Below are positions 49,122-61,700 of a DNA stretch of 64,000 nt, piece after piece. Each line of letters starts with the position of its first letter. The first letter of the stretch is position 1. The DNA lies in the IMG/VR virus record IMGVR_UViG_3300019132_000038. One strand, written 5' to 3'. Made by a program: the position numbers and the translations under genes. Under the pieces are notes generated by a model. That model was not told where the DNA came from and did no database searches. It saw only the letters and a list, made by a program, of their open reading frames with translations. The DNA comes from a virus.

Positions 49122-49990
49122 CAACAAATCGAGTAATTTTAACCAAGAAAAACTTCTTTCAAGGAAATAAAATTCCGTCTATGCGAGATGCTTATCCAAG
49201 GAAAGATAATCGAGTGGAATACCAAATTTATCACTCGGATTATTTCTCAAGTGCCGATGTGAAATTGTATTTTGGAGATATCTGGGTAGATGATGCAGTA
49301 AGTATTAGTTTTCAAGTATCTGAAGAAGTCATGCCGATTTATGGTTATCATTCTTATACGTATGATGCGATTGCCCGAGGACGAAGACTGGTGCAAGGTC
49401 AATTTGCTATTAACTTTACTTCTGCGGGTTATCTTCATCAAGTTATTGAAAATGCTCATGCGATTTTCTATGCTTTGGAAGAAGGAAAGAAAAAAGGCTT
49501 GATTCAACCCCAGTATTATCAAAATATGAAGCTAAATGAAATTCTGATGAAGTTAGGGAAAGAGTCATTTGATCAAATTGCAGATGAATATGAAAAAGCC
49601 ATTTGGGGTGTTCAGGAAGATAATGACCAATATTTAAGTTATGCAGACCGTCCTTTCTTCCGTCAAAATCAACTTGGTTTTGATATTCGTATCCAATACG
49701 GGGCTATAGCGGAATCCACTGGTTATGTGAATGGTCGATTCTATCAATCAACCAAAGCGGAAAAGCCTAATTCTACAGTTGATGTCATTAATGGAGTGCA
49801 GCTGAATGGCATGAGTAAACAAATTGCTACATCTGATCAAGGAGCTCCGATTTTGGAGTATTATTCGTTTATTGCTCGTGATATTAATGGGGTTTCCTTT
49901 GCCCATCTAAATCGAAAGCGAAGTCAAATTCAGCAAGTGAATGACATTCCTACCGTATATCGTAAGATGCAATATGGACCGATCGTATAA
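49118..49990 (+). CDS. tube-like / tube initiator protein
   Basis: YFSSADV..PIYGY.SY..ARGRRLVQGQF; third tube-fold-like gene. Confidence 0.6.
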   Translation: MTTNRVILTKKNFFQGNKIPSMRDAYPRKDNRVEYQIYHSDYFSSADVKLYFGDIWVDDAVSISFQVSEEVMPIYGYHSYTYDAIARGRRLVQGQFAINFTSAGYLHQVIENAHAIFYALEEGKKKGLIQPQYYQNMKLNEILMKLGKESFDQIADEYEKAIWGVQEDNDQYLSYADRPFFRQNQLGFDIRIQYGAIAESTGYVNGRFYQSTKAEKPNSTVDVINGVQLNGMSKQIATSDQGAPILEYYSFIARDINGVSFAHLNRKRSQIQQVNDIPTVYRKMQYGPIV

Positions 49991-50020
49991 AAATGGCTTT
50001 CTCTTATTTGAAAAAGAGAT

Positions 50021-50045
50021 TATAATATTATTGTAAAGCATTACA
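50021..50045 (+). promoter_or_regulatory. -10 box plus operator copy
   Basis: TATAAT (50021-26), TGTAAAGCATTACA (50032-45). Confidence 0.5.
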
Positions 50046-50061
50046 AGAAAGGGGAAAGAAA

Positions 50062-50610
50062 ATGAGCAAAAGGTCAAAGCAAAAGCCACAAAATCAGGAT
50101 GAAATCCTTCAGGCATTTGAAAATGCCAAAGAAGAACAATTAGATTTGCTTGAAGGTTTTTATAATCATGAAGATACTGAGATACAGGGCCATCATGAGG
50201 AAGTCATAGAAGAAACACAAGAAGAACAAGAGGAAACTTATTATATTGGAGCCGATGGAACTCGTTATACAGAAGAAGAATGGAATGCTCCGGTTGTTCG
50301 AAATGGTCCTACCCGACGAGAAGTAGAGGGTTGGAAAGAACGTTACGGACACGTATATTTCACTCCATTTGAAGGGGAAGTGTTTGTATGGCGTACACTT
50401 CAACGACCAGAATATCGTGAAATTATCCGTGATACTACACTAACAGCCCTCGATCGAGAAGAATTGTTTACAGAAAAATGCGTTCTTTATCCGTATGATT
50501 TTTCACTAGAAAAAATCAAAAAATCTAGAGCTGGAATTGCTAGCTTATTATCAGAAATGATTATGGATAAATCGGGATTCGTAGCACAAAGTGCTCCGAT
50601 CAAACTCTAG
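50062..50610 (+). CDS. tail assembly chaperone-like protein 1
   Basis: WKERYG.VY..VFVWRTL.R.EY pattern; position after tube genes. Confidence 0.55.
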   Translation: MSKRSKQKPQNQDEILQAFENAKEEQLDLLEGFYNHEDTEIQGHHEEVIEETQEEQEETYYIGADGTRYTEEEWNAPVVRNGPTRREVEGWKERYGHVYFTPFEGEVFVWRTLQRPEYREIIRDTTLTALDREELFTEKCVLYPYDFSLEKIKKSRAGIASLLSEMIMDKSGFVAQSAPIKL

Positions 50611-50653
50611 CAGGACACTTCGTTCTGCTTCATTTTTTATAGGGGCGATTATC

Positions 50654-51382
50654 ATGATAGGAATTGATGATATTCTGAAGTGGAAGCATATGTATGGTGA
50701 AATTTATCAAATGCAAATTCTAGATCAGCATTTCATTTTTCGTCCAGTCGGCCGAGAAGAATATAAACAGATTATTTTATATGATCTCGAGTTAGGAGAA
50801 TTTCAAGAGGCGATTTGCCAGAAAGCAACCATTTATCCAGAAGACTATGACTACAGTAAAGGAATTGCTGGGATTGCCGAAGTTCTTTGTGACGCAATTT
50901 TAGATGCATCAGGTCTACACATAGGACAAGCCAAAGAACTTCTCGAACAATTTCGATTAGAAATGATGAATTATGATTATCAGGTTGATTGCCTAATCCA
51001 TGAAGCGTTTCCGGAATACACTTTAGAAGAAATCTCAACATGGCCTGTGCGGAAAACCATGTATTATTTATCACGAGCAGAATGGATATTAACTCATCTA
51101 AAAGGAGTCCGACTTCAAACCATTGATGAAACAATGCTACAAGAACAACAAATTCATCCGTCACCAGATTCGCCACCTGTCCAACCGCCAATATCGAAAA
51201 CTGTACCGTCTGCCTCACCACAAGAAGCTTCTTCTCATCAGATCCAAAGTGAAGAAGAAGTTTTGGCTATGTTAGCCCAAACAGGTGCGAAAATCGCCCG
51301 TCCTTCCACAAATATGGATGATGTAAAGCCGGAACTTACTTGGTTTAGTTATATTGATGAGCTTAAAGGGGAATTTGATTAA
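50654..51382 (+). CDS. tail assembly chaperone-like protein 2 (paralog)
   Basis: WKHMYG.IY..FIFRPVGREEY; own RBS before ATG 50654. Confidence 0.55.
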   Translation: MIGIDDILKWKHMYGEIYQMQILDQHFIFRPVGREEYKQIILYDLELGEFQEAICQKATIYPEDYDYSKGIAGIAEVLCDAILDASGLHIGQAKELLEQFRLEMMNYDYQVDCLIHEAFPEYTLEEISTWPVRKTMYYLSRAEWILTHLKGVRLQTIDETMLQEQQIHPSPDSPPVQPPISKTVPSASPQEASSHQIQSEEEVLAMLAQTGAKIARPSTNMDDVKPELTWFSYIDELKGEFD

Positions 51383-51555
51383 TGTTTCCATTTTGGCAAT
51401 GTATTCAGACCATTCGATTCGACCCACGAGTGAATCGGTCTTACGGAGATGGACAATGGTGCATTCAAGAATGTTGGGCTATTTATTTTCGTAGACGTAT
51501 CGAATTGTTAGAGTTAGACAAGGAGGAGTTCTCTCATGGAAGAAGTACGATTTGA
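51382..51555 (+). CDS. small hypothetical protein (57 aa)
   Basis: TAATG overlap with the previous stop and overlap with the next start; not in ORF track. Confidence 0.4.
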   Translation: MFPFWQCIQTIRFDPRVNRSYGDGQWCIQECWAIYFRRRIELLELDKEEFSHGRSTI

Positions 51556-54500
51556 AGAATATATGGGACGAGAAAGGCAAACCACTCGCTTTTTCCATGA
51601 TGAGAAGGAGCGGGAACAATTGCCTTTAATTGCAGAAGTGGGAATAGGTCTTGCAGCAGTTGCCGGACTCCTTGCAGCTGGGCATCGAACTGGTGTCATT
51701 CGTCGTATTGCTCAGTTTCTCGATATAGAAGCCAAAGCTACCGTTCGAGCGGTTCGGGAAACAATGGATCAGCAGGGAAGTTGGTTTCGGGGAACTGATA
51801 AACTAACCGCTAGACGGATGAAAATATTAAAAGAAAGTTTTATCAATCGGAGAAAAGAAATCCTTCAGGATCTTAAAAAAGGCTCCAAAGATATCCTCTT
51901 AAAAAGAGAAATGGATATGGAGCGGTATTTGAATCAACGCAGACAACTCATTGGAAAAATTCGAAATATGGGACAATACGAAGGGGAAGTACCTTATCAT
52001 ATTCAAGAAGGATTTCGTTTCGCAGCAGTAATGGATGATATTCGTCAGAACTCTCAATTGCCTACCGAGGCGATTCAAGAATTAGAAAAAGCATTAGCAA
52101 AAGGGCGTAATGGAATCCTTGATTATGGGTCAGATGATCAATTGCGTTTACTGTTGCAAAAACATGGAAAAGGCCTCAATACAGATGAGGTTTGGAAAGC
52201 ATTAAAGACAGCTAGAGAGAAATACCGGGGCAAAGATTTTATTGCTGAAAATCCAGATGCTCGCCGACTCGTAGAAGGAATGCAAGAAAAATTAAGAGAG
52301 TTTACAGCCCTTCAAATGCAAAATATTACGAAAAAAGATCATCTACTTAAACAAATGCGAATTGGACATAAGCAAGCTACTGTCGGCGATATTTTGCGTT
52401 TAGAAGAAGCTGGTAAAATTCGAATGAATGCCGATTTAAAAGCACAAATTCAAGAAGTCTTGCGTTATAACAAGGATTTCAAAAAAGCAATTTTTGATGA
52501 GAATCTCTATATTTCTACTAAAAATGATGAACTAATAGATTATAAGGTATTTAGTGATATCCGAAGGAGAACAGCAGAATGGTGGGCTAATACAATCCCT
52601 GGTGGTCTGTTGCACTTGCGGGATATCTTAAATGTAAAAACCGCCCGAGAACAAGCAAGTTTTCGTATTTTTGAAAGAGGAACCATTCAAGCTTCTTTGA
52701 ATGCCCATCGAGGATTTGAAATTACTGAACCTCTAAATGAAGAAGTTATCTTTGTGAATGGTAAATTTGTAAAGCTCTTTGACTATGATGCAATTAATAA
52801 TAATGCTCCCTTAGAAATCTTGAATCCAAAGCGAGACATGTTCCTAACATCTTCTCAGTTTGGTTCAATGGGAAAAATGCATCGTCATATGTCAGGACTT
52901 ATGACAGATAACGAATCTCCTCGGAATATTATATCTTCTTTCTTTGATATCGGACGACAAGATAAAGATAGTGTCTTTATCCAAGGTGTGAGTGTCTTTA
53001 CGAAGTTTTTTAAAGACGATTGGGAACGAAATAAAATGAAATCATTCATTAAATACGGGATTAATACCCCAGAGGATTTTTTTGAATTGAACACATATTT
53101 CCGATTGAATACAAAAGGGTTTAGTGCACGGTTATTAAATAATTTAAGAGGACACTTGCCTCGATCTATAGAGGAATTTATTGAAAGGGAAAACGTTAAT
53201 TTTTCAAGACAGGAAGATATCTTAAAACTATTTAGTCATATCGGTGAGAAGGAAATCAAGCGAAAGGGTAGCCCTTATACGGAGCTTGTCACATTGTATC
53301 GACAATATCGTCGCAATCCAGATGCCGTATTAAATCGAAAAACGCCTGTTGGAGAAAGTAATCCGATTTTAGGGCACCATACTCATATTCAGACTGGATA
53401 TGATGTGATTCATCAGCAAACCAGCTTATATCTCTTGCAAGAAATGTTGATGGCTCGGCCGGGAAAAGGGATTTATATAGACCTTGCCAATCAGTTTCGA
53501 AGAGAACTGCAAGGATTGTATTACGACGGTAAAATTTTTAAAGATGAGTTACAAAAAGCAGAAGAACTATTAAATTACAGTATGTTTCGTTCTCAAGGGT
53601 TTGATTTTTTCGAGAATCGAAATGCAGCTTTAAATCGTGTTAGTTACTTATTCCAACATAATGAAGAATTCCAGGATGCAATGAGAAAAATGGTTCGGCG
53701 CACTAACCCAATGTGGGAACGCTTCTCGGAAATTCGTCCAATTAACCAAGTGGAAGATGAATATGTAGCTATTAGTAAATCAAATATAGGAGGCATTTTT
53801 AATCGTATTATCGGATTAAATTCAAGTCTTAAAGAGCGAGCACAAGCAGCAGGAGAATTGTTCCGTCAATGGAGTCCATTTACAGGACGACGCAATATGG
53901 AAGATGTCACTCCATTTACCCTGTTTGGTGTGTATTATCCAGTATATCGCTTACAAGATGCACTCGGTAATGCAGGATTAGGATTTTCCGATCAATCAAT
54001 GGGAAATACCTTCCAAATGTTTTCTGCTCTTATGTGGAAGCGAATTTTCCCGGTGTATGGTACCGTAGAAGGCATAAAGTATATGGATTGGAAAATGGAT
54101 CAATGGACAGGAGAAGGTCTTGATGAGCGATGGGAAAACTATAAAGCACAATATCGTTTAGAGAAAGCATTGGAGCGAACACCGGAAGAAATCTATCAAC
54201 TTAAACGGGAGCGAATGCTTCGACCAGGTATTGAACATTGGGAAGCTATGCCGGATGTTCACATTCCGGGAATCGGCCCTGTTGGAGCAGGAGATTTCTT
54301 AAATTTATTGTTTGCTCCGTTGATGGGTTATGCTCCTCTTCGAGAAGAAGATATGATGACTTACGATGAAACTCTCCATGATTTGTATTACGGAACGGAA
54401 GAAATCCGAAAATCCCGTTGGTGGCTCTTTGGTTCCAAGTCAGCATATCGTGGAGATCGGATTATTGAATTTGCTCCAAATTCGTTCCGTTTAGCACATA

Positions 54501-55717
54501 GCGATTATGAATGGACAAATACAAATGCAACCGGAGAAGAATACTGGAGTCATCATTTATTACCGACACTCGAAAATCCATTAGGAGGATTATCTTATCT
54601 TTTCGGACTTCGTGACCCATATTGGTGGGAGCGAAAACATTACTATGATCGTCCGTATTTATTAACAGGCGAATTGTTCAACCCGAACACGATGGTGTTA
54701 GGAGATATCGGCAATGCAACAATCGGACGACTCATTAAACCAGTGCAGGAAATGCATCCGGAATATTGGAGTGATCCAATCCTTATTTATGAAAATGAAA
54801 CACAGTATTTAGGGGATCGGCCAACAGAACCGGTTCGAACTCGAATTTCTCCCGGAGGTCGAATTGAACATGATGTTCTTGCCACTCCTGCACAGTATGG
54901 AGTAACAGAGGGGATTCAGAAAATCGAAGTCGTAGATGAGGATGGAGAAGAAATCAGAGTAATGAATCCTGAAATTCTAACAAGAGGATCAAACGCAAGA
55001 TATGTGATGACTCTTGAACTGGACGATGAAGGAAAAACAACAGGAGGATATGTGGCCACTGATTTGGAAGCCAATGAAAGTATTTATGTCCCTGCTAATA
55101 TTGCACAAGAATTGACACTGGAAGAAGCATTCCGATATGCCGAAACAGAAAACCCACAGGGAACTCAAGTCAAAGCGGTGACGATTTCTACTCATAATCC
55201 AAGCTATCAAACATTAGTTAGCACTCAGCCACGAGCCATGATGGATGAAGAATTTGCCTATCATCAAGACATTTTGTATCGAAAAATGGTGAACATTCAA
55301 GATCCACGAGATGGATCATGGAGATTGAGAGAAGGTTTTGAAAACTGGACAGAACCATTAGGTGTGTATAAATGGATTTTAGGAGACGAGTTGATTGGAT
55401 ACGACCCATATAAAGGTCAATCGGTTATTCAGCGAGCCGATGTAGCCTACAATGCATCCAATCGTTTCTGGGAATCCGAATTAGGTTCTCTTGGTTCTCA
55501 GTTGTCTGAGATTGGTCGTCGTTTTATTCGGCGGGATAGCTCACAATTAGAGAAATATAATCCTATTCGGAACACTATGCCAGACTGGTTGCCAGGAGAT
55601 AACTATTTTATTAATTTCCAAGTAGGAGATCCATACTCAAAGATTCCAAATGGAGAACGACGTTTACCGGGAGAGGCATATGAAGCTTTGCATGAACTTC
55701 ATCCAGATGAGACTGGT
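51536..55717 (+). CDS. giant virion protein (tape-measure position), exon 1
   Basis: 1394 codons to the U splice site; follows tail chaperones; spliced product ~2008 aa. Confidence 0.75.
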
Positions 55718-56923
55718 AAAATATTTGCCTGTCTATAAACATGGCACGAATTGCTGGAAACCCCTTAGAGCCTTGCGAGCTACAACGGAACCGGTAACGG
55801 TAAACGTGAATGCTTGAAAATCGCAAGGATTGGGCAATCAGCAGCCAAGCATCTCTGGAAACGGAGATGAAGGTTCAGAGACTATCGAAAGCTCCTACTA
55901 TATCTCACCCTGACGAAACATGATATAATGGAGCAAGTAGAGTTATTTTACAGTGATGTAAAATAACGGCGTGCCATTAATTGCAAGGAGGATGTGTATA
56001 ATGAAGTCATTGCATCAAAATAAAGAATGGTTAGAAGAACAGTATTCAAAGTATGGGACATCAACAATAGCAAAAATGGTCGGAAGAAATGATAAAACAA
56101 TACAATATTGGTTGAAAAAGTTTAATATACCAATGCGAACAAGAAGTGAATCAATGAAAATAACCGAAAATCGCATTCATACTGTTGATGTCGATTATTT
56201 TAAAGAAATTGATACGGAAGAGAAAGCATACTTTTTAGGTTTTCTTATGGCTGATGCGAATTTATCAATCAGAACTGATAATAAACATGTAGAAACAAAA
56301 AGCATAGATTTGACCATTCATAAAAGTGATGTTGAAATATTGATCAAATTAAAAAATGCAATTAAATGTAGCAATGAAATTAAACCAAAAGGAAACAATA
56401 TGAGATTAGCAATATATAATACACACTTTGCTGATAACTTGATTCATTGGGGTATTGCTGCAAATAAAACAGGGCATGAAGTTTTTCCAAATATATCCGA
56501 ACATTTAAAGCACCATTTTTTAAGAGGATACTTTGATGGTGATGGATGTATTACTTGGAGTAAAAACGGGAGACTTCGAGGTAAAGTTCATTTTGTTAGC
56601 GGATATGAAATGATGAAAGGTATTAAAGATTTTATTGAGAGCAAAGGTGTACAGTATACAGATAAATCATTGCATCCTAAAAAGGGAGCAAATGCTTTTG
56701 AATTAGAAACAGCTACATTGCCAAATATAGCAAGAATATATGACATAATCTATAAAGATGCTACTGTTTTTTTAACCAGAAAGAAAAAACATTTTGATGC
56801 ATTTATGGAGCAATATATTAATTCTCCTATTGCAATTAAAAGATATAGTCCGACCTTATACCGAAAGGTATAAGAGGCAAGCAGAAATGACTTGCCCCTC
56901 CTTTATTGGAGAGTAACAATGTG
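55718..56923 (+). mobile_element. group I intron 3 (1206 nt) with homing endonuclease
   Basis: GAATTGCTGGAA, AATCAGCAGCCAAG, GGTTCAGAGACTA, AAGATATAGTCC; IGS GCCTGTC (55727-33) vs exon GACTGGT; terminal G; splicing gives PDETG|KYGAFDK. Confidence 0.9.
56001..56873 (+). CDS. LAGLIDADG homing endonuclease
   Basis: AYFLGFLMADA and HFLRGYFDGDG; AAGGAGG RBS before ATG 56001; lies between the R and S elements (P8 loop) and reads through S. Confidence 0.9.
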   Translation: MKSLHQNKEWLEEQYSKYGTSTIAKMVGRNDKTIQYWLKKFNIPMRTRSESMKITENRIHTVDVDYFKEIDTEEKAYFLGFLMADANLSIRTDNKHVETKSIDLTIHKSDVEILIKLKNAIKCSNEIKPKGNNMRLAIYNTHFADNLIHWGIAANKTGHEVFPNISEHLKHHFLRGYFDGDGCITWSKNGRLRGKVHFVSGYEMMKGIKDFIESKGVQYTDKSLHPKKGANAFELETATLPNIARIYDIIYKDATVFLTRKKKHFDAFMEQYINSPIAIKRYSPTLYRKV

Positions 56924-58768
56924 AAATACGGAGCTTTTGATAAATTTAAAATTTTGGCAGATGTGGCTCCGTGGAGTGATGAATATAAATTCTGGAGTCA
57001 ATATCTCCTAGATAACTTAGAAGATCCGGAATTGCGACAAGAAGCAGCCGAAATCCGCAGACAAGTCTCCATGCGGAAACAAAAATATGATTTTCAACCA
57101 TACCGATTTAAAGGACAAAATCTCGTATATGAAGAAGTAACTGTAAAAAAGTTTTTAGATGATTACACGTTTTTAACTGAAGAATTCGGAGATCAGCCAA
57201 TCCGAATTGCCGGAGTAGAATATCGCAAAAAAGCATCAGGAGTACTGCAAAATTACTTCCAAGAAGGAGACAAAGTGGTTATTGGAGTTGCCGCTGATCC
57301 AACGCAACGAATTGCTAATGACACTTACGGAACGATGCGAGCCGTTATTTTTAATGAATTAGGAAATATCAATCAAGATATTATTCGTCGTGGTCGCATG
57401 GTCGAAAACCTGAATGATTTCTCTCCTGCGGGCGTGCATGCTCGTTTTACTCCGGAGGAAATTCGAAGAGGGGCACGATGGGAAACAGTAGCTCATGCAA
57501 GTACACCATTGAATACCAAGTTCTTGCAAGTGCGAACCGCTTTAGAGGAATACGAACGAGATCAGATTTATGGAAAAGACTGGGCAACATGGGAAAACTT
57601 CATGCTAAGTGACTATGTTATCCCAACCTTGCAAGGATTAGGACGTTTTGATAGTCCATTGTGGTCCATGGCAGCAGGAGCCGTAACCGGACTTGTTCTT
57701 GGTCGCTTCTTTTTACGAGGAGGCCGACCAACCAAAATTGCTGCAATATTAGGAGGATTGTATGGTTTAGGCTCTAATTTCTTCTTTAAATACTATGAAA
57801 ATAAGCATGGTGAAGCGTGGATTCCAGAGCGTCGAAGAATTGAACATGAAATCAATGAGTATTTCGATATCTTAAAATACCTCAAATACGAGGGACTCTA
57901 TCAAAAAGCAAGAGAAGAAATTGCTCATGCCACGGGATATGATATTGAAGATTTGGCTCAATTGATTCAAAACCAAAAAGAATTAAACAAGCAACGAAAA
58001 GAGGAACTGGAGGCAGAAAAGAAACGGCTTTATATTGAGCAGCCAAAAGGATGGGAAAAGCGCAGAGAAGAGATCAATCAAGAACTAGAAACAATTTCTT
58101 TAGATTGGGAAAATCTCTATTTGCCAGAAGCCTTCTTGCAAGCATTACAGTATCGACAAGAGCGTGATACCACATTATATGCGATAGATCCATATGGTGA
58201 TCGTTTGCAAGTCATGAGAGCTTTTCCGTACAAAGACAAATGGTTCTTTAATGCGTTTGTTGAAGCGAATCAAGAAGAACGAGAACGTATTTTGGAACTA
58301 GTTCCTGAAAACCAACGCCGGATTTATAAGGCTATTTGGGGAATGGGGCTTGAACCTCAAAAGCCTCTAGAGTATTACATGCAAAAATACCGAATCCCTG
58401 ATTGGACTTGGGAAGGCTGGCGACCGGAATATAATTTGGAAGACATTAAAGTCAAAGTAGTTCAAGAATATGGATTAGATTTGTCTGATTTCAATTTCTG
58501 GGAGGATGATGTAGAAGCCTCTCAATACGTTCCAGACTTGCATCCAGATGGAAATGAGTTTAAAGGTGAACCGGCTTCCAACTTTACTGGCTTTCAAGCA
58601 TTGCGACAAAATCTGATTCATATTCTACAAGGATATGGCTTGCAAGATGTTCGTGTTACCGTATATCCATCCACTGGCTCTGAAACCAATGTTCATTTCA
58701 CCTATACTGAAGACCGAAGTGAAGAGATTGAAGAACATCTCCGCAAGTATGGAAGCCGATATGTGTAA
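56924..58768 (+). CDS. giant virion protein, exon 2 (contains SNase-like segment)
   Basis: In frame with track ORF 56906; junction restores the reading frame. Confidence 0.75.
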   Translation, partial: KYGAFDKFKILADVAPWSDEYKFWSQYLLDNLEDPELRQEAAEIRRQVSMRKQKYDFQPYRFKGQNLVYEEVTVKKFLDDYTFLTEEFGDQPIRIAGVEYRKKASGVLQNYFQEGDKVVIGVAADPTQRIANDTYGTMRAVIFNELGNINQDIIRRGRMVENLNDFSPAGVHARFTPEEIRRGARWETVAHASTPLNTKFLQVRTALEEYERDQIYGKDWATWENFMLSDYVIPTLQGLGRFDSPLWSMAAGAVTGLVLGRFFLRGGRPTKIAAILGGLYGLGSNFFFKYYENKHGEAWIPERRRIEHEINEYFDILKYLKYEGLYQKAREEIAHATGYDIEDLAQLIQNQKELNKQRKEELEAEKKRLYIEQPKGWEKRREEINQELETISLDWENLYLPEAFLQALQYRQERDTTLYAIDPYGDRLQVMRAFPYKDKWFFNAFVEANQEERERILELVPENQRRIYKAIWGMGLEPQKPLEYYMQKYRIPDWTWEGWRPEYNLEDIKVKVVQEYGLDLSDFNFWEDDVEASQYVPDLHPDGNEFKGEPASNFTGFQALRQNLIHILQGYGLQDVRVTVYPSTGSETNVHFTYTEDRSEEIEEHLRKYGSRYV

Positions 58769-58783
58769 AAGGGAGTGGATTAC

Positions 58784-61700
58784 ATGAATGAACCATGGAA
58801 CCAAACACCAGAAGATATCCGAGTGAATATTGTATTACCTAAATCAAAAGATTTAAAAGTCGTTGCCGTTTCCGATCCGGTCTATTATCAAGACCGGACG
58901 GATCCCGAATATGAAAAACGAATTACTCGTCATATTGATTTTCTGAATCGGCAATCGGCAATTTTAGAACGGGATAAAAACTCGTTGGCTCTTGAAATGC
59001 AAGAACTCATGCGTAAAAAAGAGACGATAATTTATGATGGACAACGAGTATATCGCTTGTTTCATTCCTTAAATCAACGACACAATCAACAAACTTTAGA
59101 GCTATTTGAAGAGTTTTATCGTAGCCTAAAAAATAATCAAAATCATTATATTTTTGATATCGAAACATTTGGAGATGTTCATGATCGACAAAAACCATAC
59201 AGCATTTCCGAGATTTCAATTAATGAATTTGACCGACAAGGCAATTTGGTTCGCAAAGGCTATAACACCGTTTTGCGACAAGATCAAAAAACAGTAGATT
59301 ATTTGCAGCAACTTATTGATGATATTCGAAAAGACAAATATGCTTACAATCGTTTAGAAGATTGGGAAAAACGGAGTCTAGTGGATTTAATGCGTTATGC
59401 AAGCTATATGAGTGAGTATGATGAACATGCGTTTTCTCATAACCTTAAAACTCAAGAAATCCAACATCATTCCATTATTAAATCGGTGTTTGACCACCAA
59501 GACCAAGTGCATCATGGAAAGGTATTACGTAATATTGACCAATATCTTTTGTATATGCAATCAGGACTTGATTATCTAAAAAAACATGGTACACCAGTGC
59601 AAACAGCATTAAAACAGATCGAAAAATTATTTCAAGAGAATGCGGATCGTTTTTTCCTTACTTATAACGGGTTAGTCTTTGACTGGCCAGTGTTAAAAGC
59701 TTTTGCAGAAAAACATGGGGTCACTTTGTCATCTATTAAACATCTTGACTACTTAAATGCCATTCGAACCGTATTTTCGGACTCTGATGTATTAAAACGA
59801 AGAATCAATCCAGATTTTCAGCGGAGTGCATACAGTAAAGATAAACTAGCTGCTATGCGTCAAGCATTAAATTTAGAAACACAAGATGAAGCGCACAACG
59901 CACAAATTGATACACATGACACAGCAAAAGTGATAGCTGCTACCTATGAACATCTTCATCAAGAAATCCAAAATTCGAAATTTCCGATTCGAGAAGGATT
60001 CAACTATCATCCTACGTATTTAACATGGAATGATGAGCCTCTTCGTCACGGACAAAAACTATTTGCCATTGGAGGAGCAATGGCCGTACAAGATGGAGAC
60101 GAATCTTTCCGAGTGACCTTAGATGAAAATGGAAAATGGGTGCCTGTCACTAATGATTTCAATAAAACCGTCATTAATAGTAAAACCTTCTATGAATTTG
60201 CTGGTATGCAGAAATTAGAAGAAGGACAGCTGGCATTTCGATTTTTTGATCCAGACCGAAATGAATATGCCTATATTGTTCGTAGCGGAGAACATGCATT
60301 TCAGGAACTGCAAGACTTTGTACAAAGTCGTTTTTACAATTGGGATGGATTAGACCCTCAATATCAACGAGATATCTTGCACGCTGCTGAAGCAGACCGA
60401 GCCCGTCGTCGTTATCAGCGTTTCTTTAGTATGGATGGAGCCGGCAAAGGATTGGCAATTATAGATGGGGAAATCGTCGAAAAAGGGACAGCAGGTTTTT
60501 CTGGCTTAAAACGAATGATTGCCAATGCCGAAATCATGAAAACTCATTTAGAAAGTAAAGGAGCCCAGTATCGTGCCAAAGTAGAAGAACTCATAGCACA
60601 AGGAATGAGTCGAAATCAAGCCAAAAGAGAAGCACGAAAAATACGGGCACATCAATTGCCAAATCACCTAGATTTTGAAAGTTTATGGGATGAAAGTCGG
60701 CAGAAATACGTTATTAATGAAGCAGAAAGAAAGCAATTCTTTAAAATGTATAAGCGTTTAATCGATGAACTTCCATATCTAAAAGAGGTAGTAGAAACCA
60801 TTGATCAAGAATTTGCAGAAGAAATTCAACAAGCAGCTGCTATCAAAGATAACCGAAAACGACGCAGGGCTCTTATGGAGATTAATCAAAAACGAGATCA
60901 AGCCCTTATGAATTACTATCGATACATGACAGATGCCGTGGGAGAACCTGAACAAGAAAGGACATTAAAAGAATTTGAAAATCGGCGTTTGGCTTTTTAT
61001 GACCCGGAAGTAGACGATTATCGCACCTTGGATTTTACCACTGTCAAAAGTGCAAGAGATAGTTTATATCAATATGCTCGACGTGGCACAAAAGAAAGCC
61101 GTAATCAGCAAAAAGTGATGAAAGAGCGGTTAGATTTCCTTTTTCGTAATTTACAAACTCAGCATATCATTACTCCAGGTCAATACTCTTATTACTCCGA
61201 TGTATTATGGAACACCGATTCGGTATGGCATGCAGCAGGAGAGATTGCTATCAATATGAGACAACGAAATAACGGAAAATATGAAACTACCTTAACAGAG
61301 CCATCCATGATTCAAAATCAAAATATTCAGCAGCTTACCAAAGAACAAAATCGACAGTTTATTCAAAGAGCTATCGAGGACACTCGTAATGCTCAATTGA
61401 TTATCAATATGGACTCAGCAACAGGTAAGAAACTGATATTAGGTGAAGAAATAAGAAAAACATTAGAGATTTTGGATCAACAGCGTTTCTCACGACTAGA
61501 ACCAAAAAACTATGAAGCATTAGAAGAATTGATTGCAAGTATTCGTAAAACTGATCGTACGAAACAAATTGCATTAGTAATGGATACTCATTCTAATGAT
61601 GGATTAATGAAAGCCTATGTCTATAACGGAAAAGATAGTATAACAGTTCGCAATCAATTAGCTCGAGGAACAACTCCTACACAAGCGTTAGAAATCGTCA

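Noticed and set aside
50560-50660. Programmed frameshift joining the two tail chaperones (lambda G/GT type)
   Set aside because: No XXXYYYZ slippery site seen, the overlap is in the +1 frame and short, and the second gene has its own RBS and is a paralog of the first.
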